Part shown: positions 47,449-56,384 of the stretch, piece by piece | Position numbering within the stretch: the stretch's first letter is position 1 | Layout of the letters: every line of letters begins with the position of its first letter | Assembly: GCA_965115855.1 (NCBI GenBank) | Contig: OZ220470.1 | Location: 1,335,376 to 1,399,375, forward strand | Direction of reading: 5' to 3' | DNA length: 64,000 bases | From: Vicinamibacteria bacterium | Lineage (GTDB): Bacteria; Acidobacteriota; Vicinamibacteria; Marinacidobacterales; Marinacidobacteraceae | Translations under genes and position numbers: made by a program | The notes under the pieces: model-generated | Told to the model about the DNA's origin: nothing | The model's input: the letters and a program-made list of their open reading frames with translations, nothing else | The model's database searches: none

Positions 47449-48819
47449 CTACCCGACCCGGCGGTCCAGGTCCGCGACCGGAATTCCGAGGCTCTCGGCA
47501 GCGCGCTCGCGGTCGCCCCCGAGCTCGGCCAGCCGCTGCTCCACAAGCGCCTTCCCGGCGCGCGCCAGGTAGGCATCCAGGCGCTCTCCGGGTCTGGCCG
47601 GCGGGCCGGACCGCAGGTCCAGGTGTTCCCGCACATCCTCTTCGGACACTTCCTCGCCGGCAGCGAGAATGAGGAGGCGCTCCACCAGATTCCGCAGCTC
47701 GCGGACATTGCCGGGGAAGGCATGACCGGCGAGCCGTTGCAGTGCTGCCGCCGTGAAGCGGCGCAACGGCTCGCCCTCGGGGGTGAGAAGCTCGGTGAAG
47801 TGCGCCACCAGGAGCGGGACATCGCCCGGCCGTTCCCGGAGAGCGGGCATCCGGATGGGCACCACTTCCAGCCGGTGCAACAGGTCATTGCGGAACGCGC
47901 CACTGCTCAGATCCTGGTTGGTGGCGGAAAGTACGCGGACATCCACCTCGACGCTGCGTGACCCTCCCACCCGGTTGATGCTGCTTTCCTCGAGGGCGCG
48001 CAGCACCTTCGCCTGGGTGCGGGGACTCATGTCACCGACTTCGTCGAGGAAAAGCGTGCCGCCGTTCGCCTGCTCGAACTTGCCGATTCGCTGGCGATGG
48101 GCGCCGGTATAGGAACCCCGCTCGGCGCCGAAGAGTTCGCTCTCGATCAGTTCCTCCGGGATCGCCGCACAGTTGACCTCCACGAAGGGGGCGGCGGCGC
48201 GGGGGCTGGCATCGTGGATCAGGCGGGCCACCACCTCCTTGCCGGTCCCCGACTCCCCCGTGATCAGGACCCGCACATCGGTGGGCGCAACCCGGTCGAT
48301 CCGCTCACGGACCGCGTCCATCACCGCGGACGTGCCGACGAGGCGTCGGCGCGCTCCCTCGCGGTTCCGATGGGCATCCAGCTCGCGGGCGAGTTCGCGA
48401 TTCTCCTCGGCCAGCCGCTTGCGCTCCAGGACGGCTGCCTTGTCCAGCGCCACCCGAAGCCGGGCGCCGATGTCACCGCTGCCACCCTTTTCGAAGAAGT
48501 GGGCGGCACCGGCGTCGATCGCCCGCACGGCGGTCTCGATATCCCCGTGAGCCGTATGCATCGCGACGGCAATGGACGGGTCCCGCTCGCGAATGCGCCG
48601 AAGTACCTCCATCCCGTCCATCCCCGGCATCTTGATGTCGAGCACGACCAGGTCGGGCGTCTCGCGCTCGAGGGAAGCGAGGGCCTCGGGGCCGGACGCG
48701 GCCTCGGTCACCCGCCAGCCCTCGTAGCGAAGCCGGCGGCGGAGCGACCGGCGAATCATCGCCTCGTCATCGACGACGAGAACCGAGATGTCCTCGTCGG
48801 GTCTGGTCTGTTCGGTCAC
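47449..48819 (-). CDS. Sigma-54-dependent response regulator (NtrC/NtrX-like)
   Basis: Receiver (VLVVDDE, LDIKMPGMDG), AAA+ (GESGTGKE, GSYTGA, FLDEVGD), HTH. GTG start inferred. Confidence 0.9.
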   Translation of the reverse strand: MTEQTRPDEDISVLVVDDEAMIRRSLRRRLRYEGWRVTEAASGPEALASLERETPDLVVLDIKMPGMDGMEVLRRIRERDPSIAVAMHTAHGDIETAVRAIDAGAAHFFEKGGSGDIGARLRVALDKAAVLERKRLAEENRELARELDAHRNREGARRRLVGTSAVMDAVRERIDRVAPTDVRVLITGESGTGKEVVARLIHDASPRAAAPFVEVNCAAIPEELIESELFGAERGSYTGAHRQRIGKFEQANGGTLFLDEVGDMSPRTQAKVLRALEESSINRVGGSRSVEVDVRVLSATNQDLSSGAFRNDLLHRLEVVPIRMPALRERPGDVPLLVAHFTELLTPEGEPLRRFTAAALQRLAGHAFPGNVRELRNLVERLLILAAGEEVSEEDVREHLDLRSGPPARPGERLDAYLARAGKALVEQRLAELGGDRERAAESLGIPVADLDRRVG

Positions 48820-49030
48820 CGGGCCCAAATGGTATGCGCACGAGCCTCGCGCGCCCGGCAAGACACAATCCGGGCGGATCGATTCTCCCTCCCGCCCGTC
48901 CGGTCCCGCGAAGCCGCACCGGCTGGTCCTCAACGTCCCGGCCGTACCCCGGAAGGAACGACCGGAACTCCGGACGCTGGAGGTTCCCGAAAACAAGGCC
49001 CCTCCCTGCTCCCGTCCCACCACAACGCGG

Positions 49031-49566
49031 CGGCTACGAGCCCCAGCGAAACCCCGGCCACCACGGCACCGGGTCATCCCGTATCCAGGAGGGAGCGACC
49101 CGGGACTCCGGACGCCACGGTTCCTCAAGCGAGGCCCCCGTGACCGCCTTGCCGCGACGCACCGGCTACGAGCCCCAACGAAACCCCGGACGCCACGGCA
49201 CCGGGTCATCCCGTATCCAGGAGGGAGCGACCCGGGACTCCGGACGCCACGGTTCCTCAAGCGAGGCCCCCGTGACCGCCTTGCCGCGACGCACCGGCTA
49301 CGAGCCCCAACGAAACCCCGGACGCCACGGCACCGGGTCATCCCGTATCCAGGAGGGAGCGACCCGGGACTCCGGACGCCACGGTTCCTCAAGCGAGGCC
49401 CCCGTGACCGCCTTGCCGCGACGCGCCGGCTACGAGCCCCAACGAAACCCCGGCCGCCACGGCACCGGGTCATCCCGCATCCAGGAGGGAGCGACCCGGG
49501 ACTCCGGACGCCACGGTTCCTCAAGCGAGGCCCCCGTGACCGCCTTGCCGCGACGCACCGGCTACG
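49031..49566. repeat. Intergenic tandem array of four nearly identical 132-bp units with degenerate flanking copies
   Basis: CGGCTACG recurs at 49031, 49163, 49295, 49427 and 49559. Decayed related sequence extends to about 48900 and about 49740. Confidence 0.95.
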
Positions 49567-50137
49567 GTCTTCAACGGACACGGAGAACTCGAAGCGGGCC
49601 CCGTCAGCCCCGCCGCGACGCGCCGGCTACGGGCCCCATCGAACCCCGGCTGTCCCGGCGCCGGGCCATCCCATCCCCCGGAAGGAACGAAATCGGAACT
49701 GCCGGACGCCACGAATCCGTCAAGCGGGGCCCCGTCAACGCCGAATTCTCACCAGCAGGCGCCGGAGCCGGCCGGAGCCGGACTGTCCGATGCGTTCCGC
49801 CGCCCCCGGAGCGTCCCGACCGCCGGCAACACGGCTCGTCGCGCGGGCGTGGCAGGTAACGATCCGGCGGAACGCCGCGATCGGTTCCCGCGAGCCCGAA
49901 ACCGGCTCGGCCTTCACCATCCACCGGCTGGCAGCCGGAGCCGCCGACCGGGGAGTGCACCGCGATCATCCGGTCGCCAGACAACACGGCGCCTGCGATG
50001 CCCGCCGGGGCGGTCAGGATGACAAGAATCGTCGGCGCCACCGGTTTTCAGGCATTTGCTCAGCGAAACCGGACGCGGCGAAGCACAATACCCGCCGACC
50101 ACACCACGGCCACCCCGCCGTGGAAGGAGGAGATCGC

Positions 50138-52465
50138 GTGCGTTTCCCGGCCTTGTTTCCGATCCTTCTCTGCCTGGCTCCCGCCTCGACACTCGCCGCC
50201 GCTTCCGAAGTCGTGGGGGAGATCGAGGGGCCGGACGGGACCGGGATCGCCGGGGCAAGCGTGGTGCTGACGCTTGCGGACGGGGAGATCCGGGAGACGG
50301 TGAGTGACGGAGCGGGGTCGTTCCGCTTCGGCTCGCTGCCCGAGGGACGGCATCGGCTCACGGTGATGCGGCAGGGATTCGGGGCCCGCACGGTGCACAT
50401 CACGGTGGAATCCGATGGCGAGGTCCGCATCAGCATCCCGCTCGCCCTCGCGTTCGCCGAGAGCGTCAACGTCACCGGACAAAACGTGGAACGCAGCCGG
50501 TTCGAAGAGAGCGCCAGCGTGGTGGTGGTGGACGGAGCGCGGCTCGACGGCGGGACCGACACCGACCTCTACAAGCTGATCGCCATGACCCCGAACGTGG
50601 ACTCCGACTCCGACCGCCGCGGCTTTTCGATCCGCGGTGTCCGACAGAGGGGCTTCGGAAACGACGGTGGCCTGCTGGTGAGCGTCCGGGTGGACGGCGC
50701 CCCGGTGGAGGGGTATCAGGCTGCCTATTTCGGACCCTTCAGCACTTGGGATCTGGATCGGGTGGAGGTCTTCCGCGGGCCGCAGTCCACCCAGCAGGGG
50801 CGGAACTCGCTCGCCGGCGCCATCGTGATGCGAAGCGCCGATCCGGTTTATCGCACCGAGGTACGCGGGCGGGTTCGTTACGGCAACAACCGCCAGGCTT
50901 CGGCGGTGGTGAATGTGCCCTTCGGCGGGAAGGCGGCGGTCCGCATATCGACCGACCTCCAGGCCAGCAGTGGTTTCGTCACCAACCCGACCCGGAATGG
51001 GGAACACTACGATGAGCACGACGCGCGGAACCTGCGAGCCAAGTTCCGCTTCGATCCCACCAACCGGTTCCGCGCGCTGGTCACCCTGGCGACCACCGTG
51101 AACCGGGGCGGCGACAGCACGATCGTGGCCTCCCGTTTCCCGGACGAGCGGGTGAACCTCTCCGAACAGGAAGCCGAAGACGGATCGACCCACCGGAGCG
51201 CGACGGTGGAATTGGGATACGACCTCGGCGCGGTTCGCCTCGAGTCCACCACCAGCATCTACACCCACGAATATCACCGGCGGGAGGATGTGGACCAGAC
51301 CCCGAATCCGGGCAGCCTGCTCGACTATTTCACCGATGACCGCTGGCTGAGCCAAGAACTGCTGGCACGGTATCGCGGCAACCGCCTCCACGGGGTGTTC
51401 GGCCTCTACCTCGCCGACCTCAATGATTTCCTGCAGGCGGACGCTTCCGGGCCCGGCGAACTGGCCGGGCTTCCCCCGGGGTTCACCCTGACCTCCTGGT
51501 TCCGGACCGACGAGCTCACCCGCAACGCCGCGCTGTTCGGCGAGTTCGACCTGGGCCTGGCGCCGGACTGGTCGCTGACGCTCGGCGGCCGCCTCGACCG
51601 GGAGACCCGGACCACGAGCAACGCCCAGGGCCTCCGATCGGATCCCCCGGCCCCCTCCCTGCCGGGAGGGGATCAGGGGCCGGAGAACCTGGATGCGGAG
51701 TACCTTGCGTTCCTGCCCAAGGTGGGACTCCGCCGGGAATGGAGCGACGCCCTGTCCACCTCGGTCTCCTGGCAACGCGGGTACCGCGCCGGGGGCCAGT
51801 CGATCGCGGTGCTGAGCCGGCAGGTGGGCAACTACGATCCGGAATTCACCGAGAACTACGAGTTTGCGGTCCGTGCCCGGACGTCCGACCGGCGCTGGTT
51901 CCTCGGCGCCAACCTGTTCTACACGGACTGGAACGATCAGCAGGTGCGGGTCCGGACGGAACTCGGGCTTCCGGTGGACACCCTGACCGTGAATGCCGGC
52001 GAGTCCACGGTGTATGGCGCGGAGGCCGAGACCTCGTATTGGATCAACCGCGAAATCCAGCTCTTCGGCTCGCTCGGCGTGCTGCGCACCCGCTTCGACG
52101 ACTTCGTGGACGAGGACCGGGACTTCACCGGCAACGAGTTCCCGGGCGCCCCGCGCTGGTCGGCGATGGCCGGCGTTTCCTGGCGGCCCACCGAGTGGCT
52201 CTCCGGTACCGTGGAACTTGCCTCGCAGGACGGGTTCTTCTCCGATGCCGAAAACAATCCGGATCTCATGCTCGCCGGACGCACCCTGGTAAACACCCGA
52301 TTCGGAATCGAGCGGGACGGCCTCGGCGCCTGGTTCTACGGGCGCAACCTGCTGGACAAGCAGTACCTGCTGTCGATCTGGCGCTCCGAAATTCCCGGAT
52401 CCGGAAATCTCGCCCGGGCCGGCGAACCGCGGACGATCGGCGTCGAGATCAGCTACCGGTACTGA
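50138..52465 (+). CDS. TonB-dependent receptor
   Basis: AGGAGG RBS, signal peptide, carboxypeptidase-regulatory-like domain, plug (VEVFRGPQST.QGRNSLAGAI), C-terminal PRTIGVEISYRY. Confidence 0.9.
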   Translation: MRFPALFPILLCLAPASTLAAASEVVGEIEGPDGTGIAGASVVLTLADGEIRETVSDGAGSFRFGSLPEGRHRLTVMRQGFGARTVHITVESDGEVRISIPLALAFAESVNVTGQNVERSRFEESASVVVVDGARLDGGTDTDLYKLIAMTPNVDSDSDRRGFSIRGVRQRGFGNDGGLLVSVRVDGAPVEGYQAAYFGPFSTWDLDRVEVFRGPQSTQQGRNSLAGAIVMRSADPVYRTEVRGRVRYGNNRQASAVVNVPFGGKAAVRISTDLQASSGFVTNPTRNGEHYDEHDARNLRAKFRFDPTNRFRALVTLATTVNRGGDSTIVASRFPDERVNLSEQEAEDGSTHRSATVELGYDLGAVRLESTTSIYTHEYHRREDVDQTPNPGSLLDYFTDDRWLSQELLARYRGNRLHGVFGLYLADLNDFLQADASGPGELAGLPPGFTLTSWFRTDELTRNAALFGEFDLGLAPDWSLTLGGRLDRETRTTSNAQGLRSDPPAPSLPGGDQGPENLDAEYLAFLPKVGLRREWSDALSTSVSWQRGYRAGGQSIAVLSRQVGNYDPEFTENYEFAVRARTSDRRWFLGANLFYTDWNDQQVRVRTELGLPVDTLTVNAGESTVYGAEAETSYWINREIQLFGSLGVLRTRFDDFVDEDRDFTGNEFPGAPRWSAMAGVSWRPTEWLSGTVELASQDGFFSDAENNPDLMLAGRTLVNTRFGIERDGLGAWFYGRNLLDKQYLLSIWRSEIPGSGNLARAGEPRTIGVEISYRY

Positions 52466-53517
52466 AGCGATCGGCGCGGCCCCTTCTCGCCCAGCCGGAG
52501 TTCGGTGTCGGCGGTGAGGTCGGGGGAAGCCCGCTCGCCACGGAGCAGCGCGAGGTGGCCGGCGGCGGCAATCATGGCCGCGTTGTCGGTCGAGAGCGCG
52601 ACGCTCGGATAGACCACCGGGAGGCCGGTCTCCTCCCCCAATCGCCGGAATCGCTCGCGGAGCGCCGAATTCGCGGCCACTCCGCCCGAAAGAAGGATGG
52701 CGCGGGCACCGGTTTCGGGAAGGGCCCGGACCACCGAACGGGTCAACGCCCGCACCACCGCCGACTGGAAGCTGGCGGCGAGGTCGACAATGTCCGTCCG
52801 CCCGAAGGGGTCCCCACCCGCCGCCAGCGGTTCGATGCGCTCGATCTCGATCAGACGCAGCACCTGCGTCTTGAGACCGGAGAAGCTGAAGTCACAGCGC
52901 GCCCCGTCCGAGAAGAACGGCAACGAGAAGGTGTGCCGCTTCGGGTTGCCGCGCCGGGCCAGGCGGTCGAGGATCGGCCCCCCGGGGTACCCGAGGCCGA
53001 GCCGCTTGGCGACCTTGTCATAGGCTTCGCCGGCGGCGTCGTCGCGTGTCTTTCCGAGAAGCTGGTACATGCCCTCGGCCTCCATCAGAAACAGACTGGT
53101 GTGGCCACCCGAGACGACCAGCGCCAGCGCCGGGTGCGGGATTTTCTCCGGAGCTTCCAGGTAACAGGCGCGGATATGCCCCTCGATGTGGTCCACGCCG
53201 ACCAGGGGAATGCGGCGGGCAAAGGCGAATGCCTTGGCAAACGAGACTCCGGCAAGGAGCGCGCCCATGAGCCCGGGGCCCCGGGTCACCGCCACCGCCT
53301 CGAGTTCGCCGATGTCCACGCTGGCGGCGTCAAGCGCCCGTCGCACCACCGGCGCCAGGTGGACGAGGTGCTGGCGCGACGCGATCTCCGGAACCACGCC
53401 GCCGAAGGGCGCATGCTGCTCCTGGGAGGAAACCACATTGGAGAGGATCCGGCGGCCGTCCTTCACCACCGCCGCCGAAGTCTCGTCGCAGGAGGTCTCG
53501 ATTCCGAGGATCAGCAC
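52453..53517 (-). CDS. tsaD: tRNA threonylcarbamoyltransferase TsaD
   Basis: LGIETSCDET, GGVVPE.ASR.H, HIEGH, VSGGHT, DDAAGEA.DK, GGVAAN, TDNAAMIA. Confidence 0.96.
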   Translation of the reverse strand: MLILGIETSCDETSAAVVKDGRRILSNVVSSQEQHAPFGGVVPEIASRQHLVHLAPVVRRALDAASVDIGELEAVAVTRGPGLMGALLAGVSFAKAFAFARRIPLVGVDHIEGHIRACYLEAPEKIPHPALALVVSGGHTSLFLMEAEGMYQLLGKTRDDAAGEAYDKVAKRLGLGYPGGPILDRLARRGNPKRHTFSLPFFSDGARCDFSFSGLKTQVLRLIEIERIEPLAAGGDPFGRTDIVDLAASFQSAVVRALTRSVVRALPETGARAILLSGGVAANSALRERFRRLGEETGLPVVYPSVALSTDNAAMIAAAGHLALLRGERASPDLTADTELRLGEKGPRRSLQYR

Positions 53518-53594
53518 GGGGCCGGAAGACGGTAACGCAACGGAACCGGGAAGCCCGGACGGGAAGCCCGGACCTGCTACCTTGTGCGCCACCA

Positions 53595-54608
53595 ATGGTA
53601 ACCCCGATGCGCTGGGACGCTCGGGCACGGGTGCTGCACCTGCTGGATCAGCGCCGCCTGCCCCTCGAAGAGGCGTGGCTCGCCTGCCGGCGGCCCGGCG
53701 AGGTGGCGGAAGCCATCCGGAGCATGGTGGTCCGGGGAGCGCCGGCCATCGGCATTGCCGCCGCCTGGGGAACGGTCCTCGGGTTCCGGCCCGGCCAGCC
53801 GGTCGCGCCGGCCCGGTTCGAGGCCATCGCGGCGGAGTTCATGGCCACCCGGCCCACCGCGTACAACCTCGAGGCCGCGCTCCTGCAGATGCGGGCGGCC
53901 GTTGCCGGTGGCGCCTCCGGCCTCGAGGAAACCGCCGGCCGGATCCACCGGGAAGACCTCGCCGCCAACCGGGCGATGGGCGGGCACGGCGCCGCCCTTC
54001 TTCCCGAAGGCGCACACCCGATCCGGATCCTGACCCATTGCAACGCCGGCGCGCTCGCGACCGCGGGCTACGGCACGGCGCTCGGCGTGGTGCGCGCGCT
54101 CGCGGAAACCGGCCGCCGGGTGGAGGTCTTCGCCCCGGAGACCCGACCCTTCCTTCAGGGGGCGCGGCTGACCGCGTGGGAGCTCCGCCGGGACCGGATC
54201 CCGGTCACCCTGATCACCGACGGCATGGTGGGATCCCTGCTCGCCAGCGGTCAGGTGGACGCGACCGTGGTGGGCGCCGACCGGATCGCGGGCAACGGGG
54301 ACATCGCAAACAAGATCGGAACCTACCAGACGGCCGTCCTCGCCAGGGAACACGGCGTCCCGTTCCACGTGGTCGCGCCGTGCTCCACCGTGGACCGGAG
54401 CACACCGGACGGCGCATCGATCCCGATCGAGGAGCGGCGCCCGGAGGAGGTGACCCGCTTCCAGGGGACCGAGATCGCCCCGGCAGGGATCGCTGTCTGG
54501 AACCCGGCGTTCGATGTGACCCCGGCGAAACTCATCACCGCGATCATCACCGAAGCCGGGGTGGCGAGGCCCCCCTTCCGGGAGTCGCTCGCCGGGCTGG
54601 TGGAATGA
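53595..54608 (+). CDS. mtnA: S-methyl-5-thioribose-1-phosphate isomerase
   Basis: LDQRRLP, VRGAPAIG, RPTA.NL, THCNAGALAT, ETRP.LQGARLT, NPAFDVTP. Confidence 0.94.
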   Translation: MVTPMRWDARARVLHLLDQRRLPLEEAWLACRRPGEVAEAIRSMVVRGAPAIGIAAAWGTVLGFRPGQPVAPARFEAIAAEFMATRPTAYNLEAALLQMRAAVAGGASGLEETAGRIHREDLAANRAMGGHGAALLPEGAHPIRILTHCNAGALATAGYGTALGVVRALAETGRRVEVFAPETRPFLQGARLTAWELRRDRIPVTLITDGMVGSLLASGQVDATVVGADRIAGNGDIANKIGTYQTAVLAREHGVPFHVVAPCSTVDRSTPDGASIPIEERRPEEVTRFQGTEIAPAGIAVWNPAFDVTPAKLITAIITEAGVARPPFRESLAGLVE

Positions 54609-54614
54609 ATCCCC

Positions 54615-54932
54615 TCAGCCGTTCCAGCGGACGAAGAAGATGATCAGCGACGTCACGAAGGCGTAGATGACCAGGCTCTCGATCAGCACCAGGCCGAGCA
54701 GCAGCGAGAACCGGATCTGAGGCGCCGCCCCGGGATTCCGGGCGAGGCTCTCGCAGGCGCCGACAACCGCCCGGCCCTGGGAAAAGGCGCCCATCGATCC
54801 GGTAAGGGCAATCGCACCCGCGCCGGCAATCAGGGCCCACTTGGTGACAACCGGGTCCCAGGAACCCTGGGCCCACGCCGGGGAAGCAAAAACGACACCG
54901 GCGGCGACAAGAATGGCGGTCCGCAATTTCAT
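54615..54932 (-). CDS. atpE: ATP synthase F0 subunit c
   Basis: ARNPGA loop and IESLVIY ion-binding helix; N-terminal signal-like extension. Confidence 0.9.
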   Translation of the reverse strand: MKLRTAILVAAGVVFASPAWAQGSWDPVVTKWALIAGAGAIALTGSMGAFSQGRAVVGACESLARNPGAAPQIRFSLLLGLVLIESLVIYAFVTSLIIFFVRWNG

Positions 54933-54994
54933 GGACACTTTCGTTGTTCTCCTTGGTTGAATGATCGAAGTCCGCCGAGTTGCGGCGAGACCGG

Positions 54995-55684
54995 TCAGTG
55001 CTCTTCCGCGACGACCGCGCCGCCGAGATAGATGACGGTGAGCATGGTGAAGACGAAGGCCTGGAGGAAGCTCCCGAACACGCCGAAGAGCATCATCGGC
55101 ACCGGGACCACGAACGGGGCGATCAACATCAGGACGATCACCACCAGCTCCTCTCCGAAGATGTTGCCGAAGAGCCGCACCGAGAGCGACAGCATCCGAC
55201 TGAGGTGGCTGATGATTTCGATGGGGAGCATGATCACCGCCAGCGCGAGACTCGGTCCGAGGAAATGGGCGAAGTATCGGCCCGCCCCCTGCGCCCGGAT
55301 CCCTTGGTAGTTGTAGTAGAGGAATGCCAACAGCGCGCACCCGACCGGCATGTTGATGTTCACGGTCGGCGAAGACAGGAAAGGCACGAGTCCGGACAGG
55401 TTGCTGACCAGGATGAACAGACCGATGGTGCCCACCAAGCCCAGGAACGGACGCCCCTTCGGTCCGACGTTCTCCTTCAACAGCGCGAGCAGCCCGGTCA
55501 CCAGCAACTCGATCACCAGCTGGAACCGCCCCGGCTGGTCCACCGAGAGCCGACGGCGAAACCACAGCGAGAACGCCACCAGGCCGACCGCCGCCACCAC
55601 TGCCATCACCACATGGTCGGGCGGATGAACGTGCGCCCACAGCTCGATGAGCTGGGAAAAGATCGAGGGATGATGGAGTTCCAT
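54995..55684 (-). CDS. atpB: ATP synthase F0 subunit a
   Basis: SNL.GLVP...PT.N, SLSVRLFGN, LQAFVF..L..IY. Confidence 0.94.
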   Translation of the reverse strand: MELHHPSIFSQLIELWAHVHPPDHVVMAVVAAVGLVAFSLWFRRRLSVDQPGRFQLVIELLVTGLLALLKENVGPKGRPFLGLVGTIGLFILVSNLSGLVPFLSSPTVNINMPVGCALLAFLYYNYQGIRAQGAGRYFAHFLGPSLALAVIMLPIEIISHLSRMLSLSVRLFGNIFGEELVVIVLMLIAPFVVPVPMMLFGVFGSFLQAFVFTMLTVIYLGGAVVAEEH

Positions 55685-55714
55685 GGACGAGGGGCCGGGA
55701 GGAGGGCGAAGGCG

Positions 55715-56164
55715 TCAGTCTTCAGCCGGATCGGAGTGGTCGGCGTCCGTCCCGGGTGCGCCGGGAGCCGGATTCGACTCCCGTCGGGTTCGGGAAATAT
55801 CCCGACTTTCGCCGATCAGCTCCAGGGCCACAGCCCCGAGGGGCGCCCCCAAGCCGAGGATCACGCCGAGGACGCTCGCCTTCCAGACCGCAATTATGAC
55901 GAACAGGAGCGCCCCGAGCAAGAGATAGCGAAGCCCGGTGAGGGCGGCAGCGATCAGCGCGCCCCGACTTCCCACCACTCCGGTCGCGCCCTCGGCGATG
56001 GACTTCAGGACCCGAAGGTTCGCAACCGAAATTCCGGCGCCGGCGAGCACCGAGAGCCCTTCCCGGGGGCCGAACAGGAACGCGACCAGGGACGCGACCA
56101 GACCGATCGCTATCCCCTGCCGGACCAGACGGGATTCCCGCGGGGTGGGAGGGGATGCGGTCAT
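55715..56164 (-). CDS. ATP synthase subunit I-like membrane protein
   Basis: Four TM helices, G..IS..N, LRY motif; position upstream of atpB. Confidence 0.75.
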   Translation of the reverse strand: MTASPPTPRESRLVRQGIAIGLVASLVAFLFGPREGLSVLAGAGISVANLRVLKSIAEGATGVVGSRGALIAAALTGLRYLLLGALLFVIIAVWKASVLGVILGLGAPLGAVALELIGESRDISRTRRESNPAPGAPGTDADHSDPAED

Positions 56165-56382
56165 TCCTCCTCAACGGACGCGGACACGGCCCGCAGCAGG
56201 TTGCGGAACCCGGCCGCAACCCCGCAGATCAGGCCGACGGCGGCGAGCCACGGGCCGGTTCCGAGCCACCCGTCGAGGAACCAGCCCGCTCCCGCACCGA
56301 TCAGGATGGCAATGGGAAACGCAAAACCGACGCCGACCAGGCTCAGCAACCGGGCGGCAGGGGGCGGCCCCCCTTCCCTCAC
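56161..56382 (-). CDS. AtpZ/AtpI family protein
   Basis: IG...GW.LD.WLGT.PW....GL..G..AGF.NL. GTG start inferred. Confidence 0.8.
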   Translation of the reverse strand: MREGGPPPAARLLSLVGVGFAFPIAILIGAGAGWFLDGWLGTGPWLAAVGLICGVAAGFRNLLRAVSASVEEE

Positions 56383-56384
56383 GA

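Noticed and set aside
48788-52465. 1225-aa TonB receptor with a repeat-containing N-terminus (and the 710-aa version of the regulator on the other strand)
   Set aside because: The 132-bp unit happens to lack stops in these frames. A strong RBS and signal peptide at 50138, and the receiver domain start near 48819, mark the real starts.
54615-54932. Na+-specific ATP synthase
   Set aside because: The c subunit has Q...ESL..Y and lacks the Thr of the Q/EST/Y Na+ signature; the ESL type also occurs in H+-coupled enzymes.
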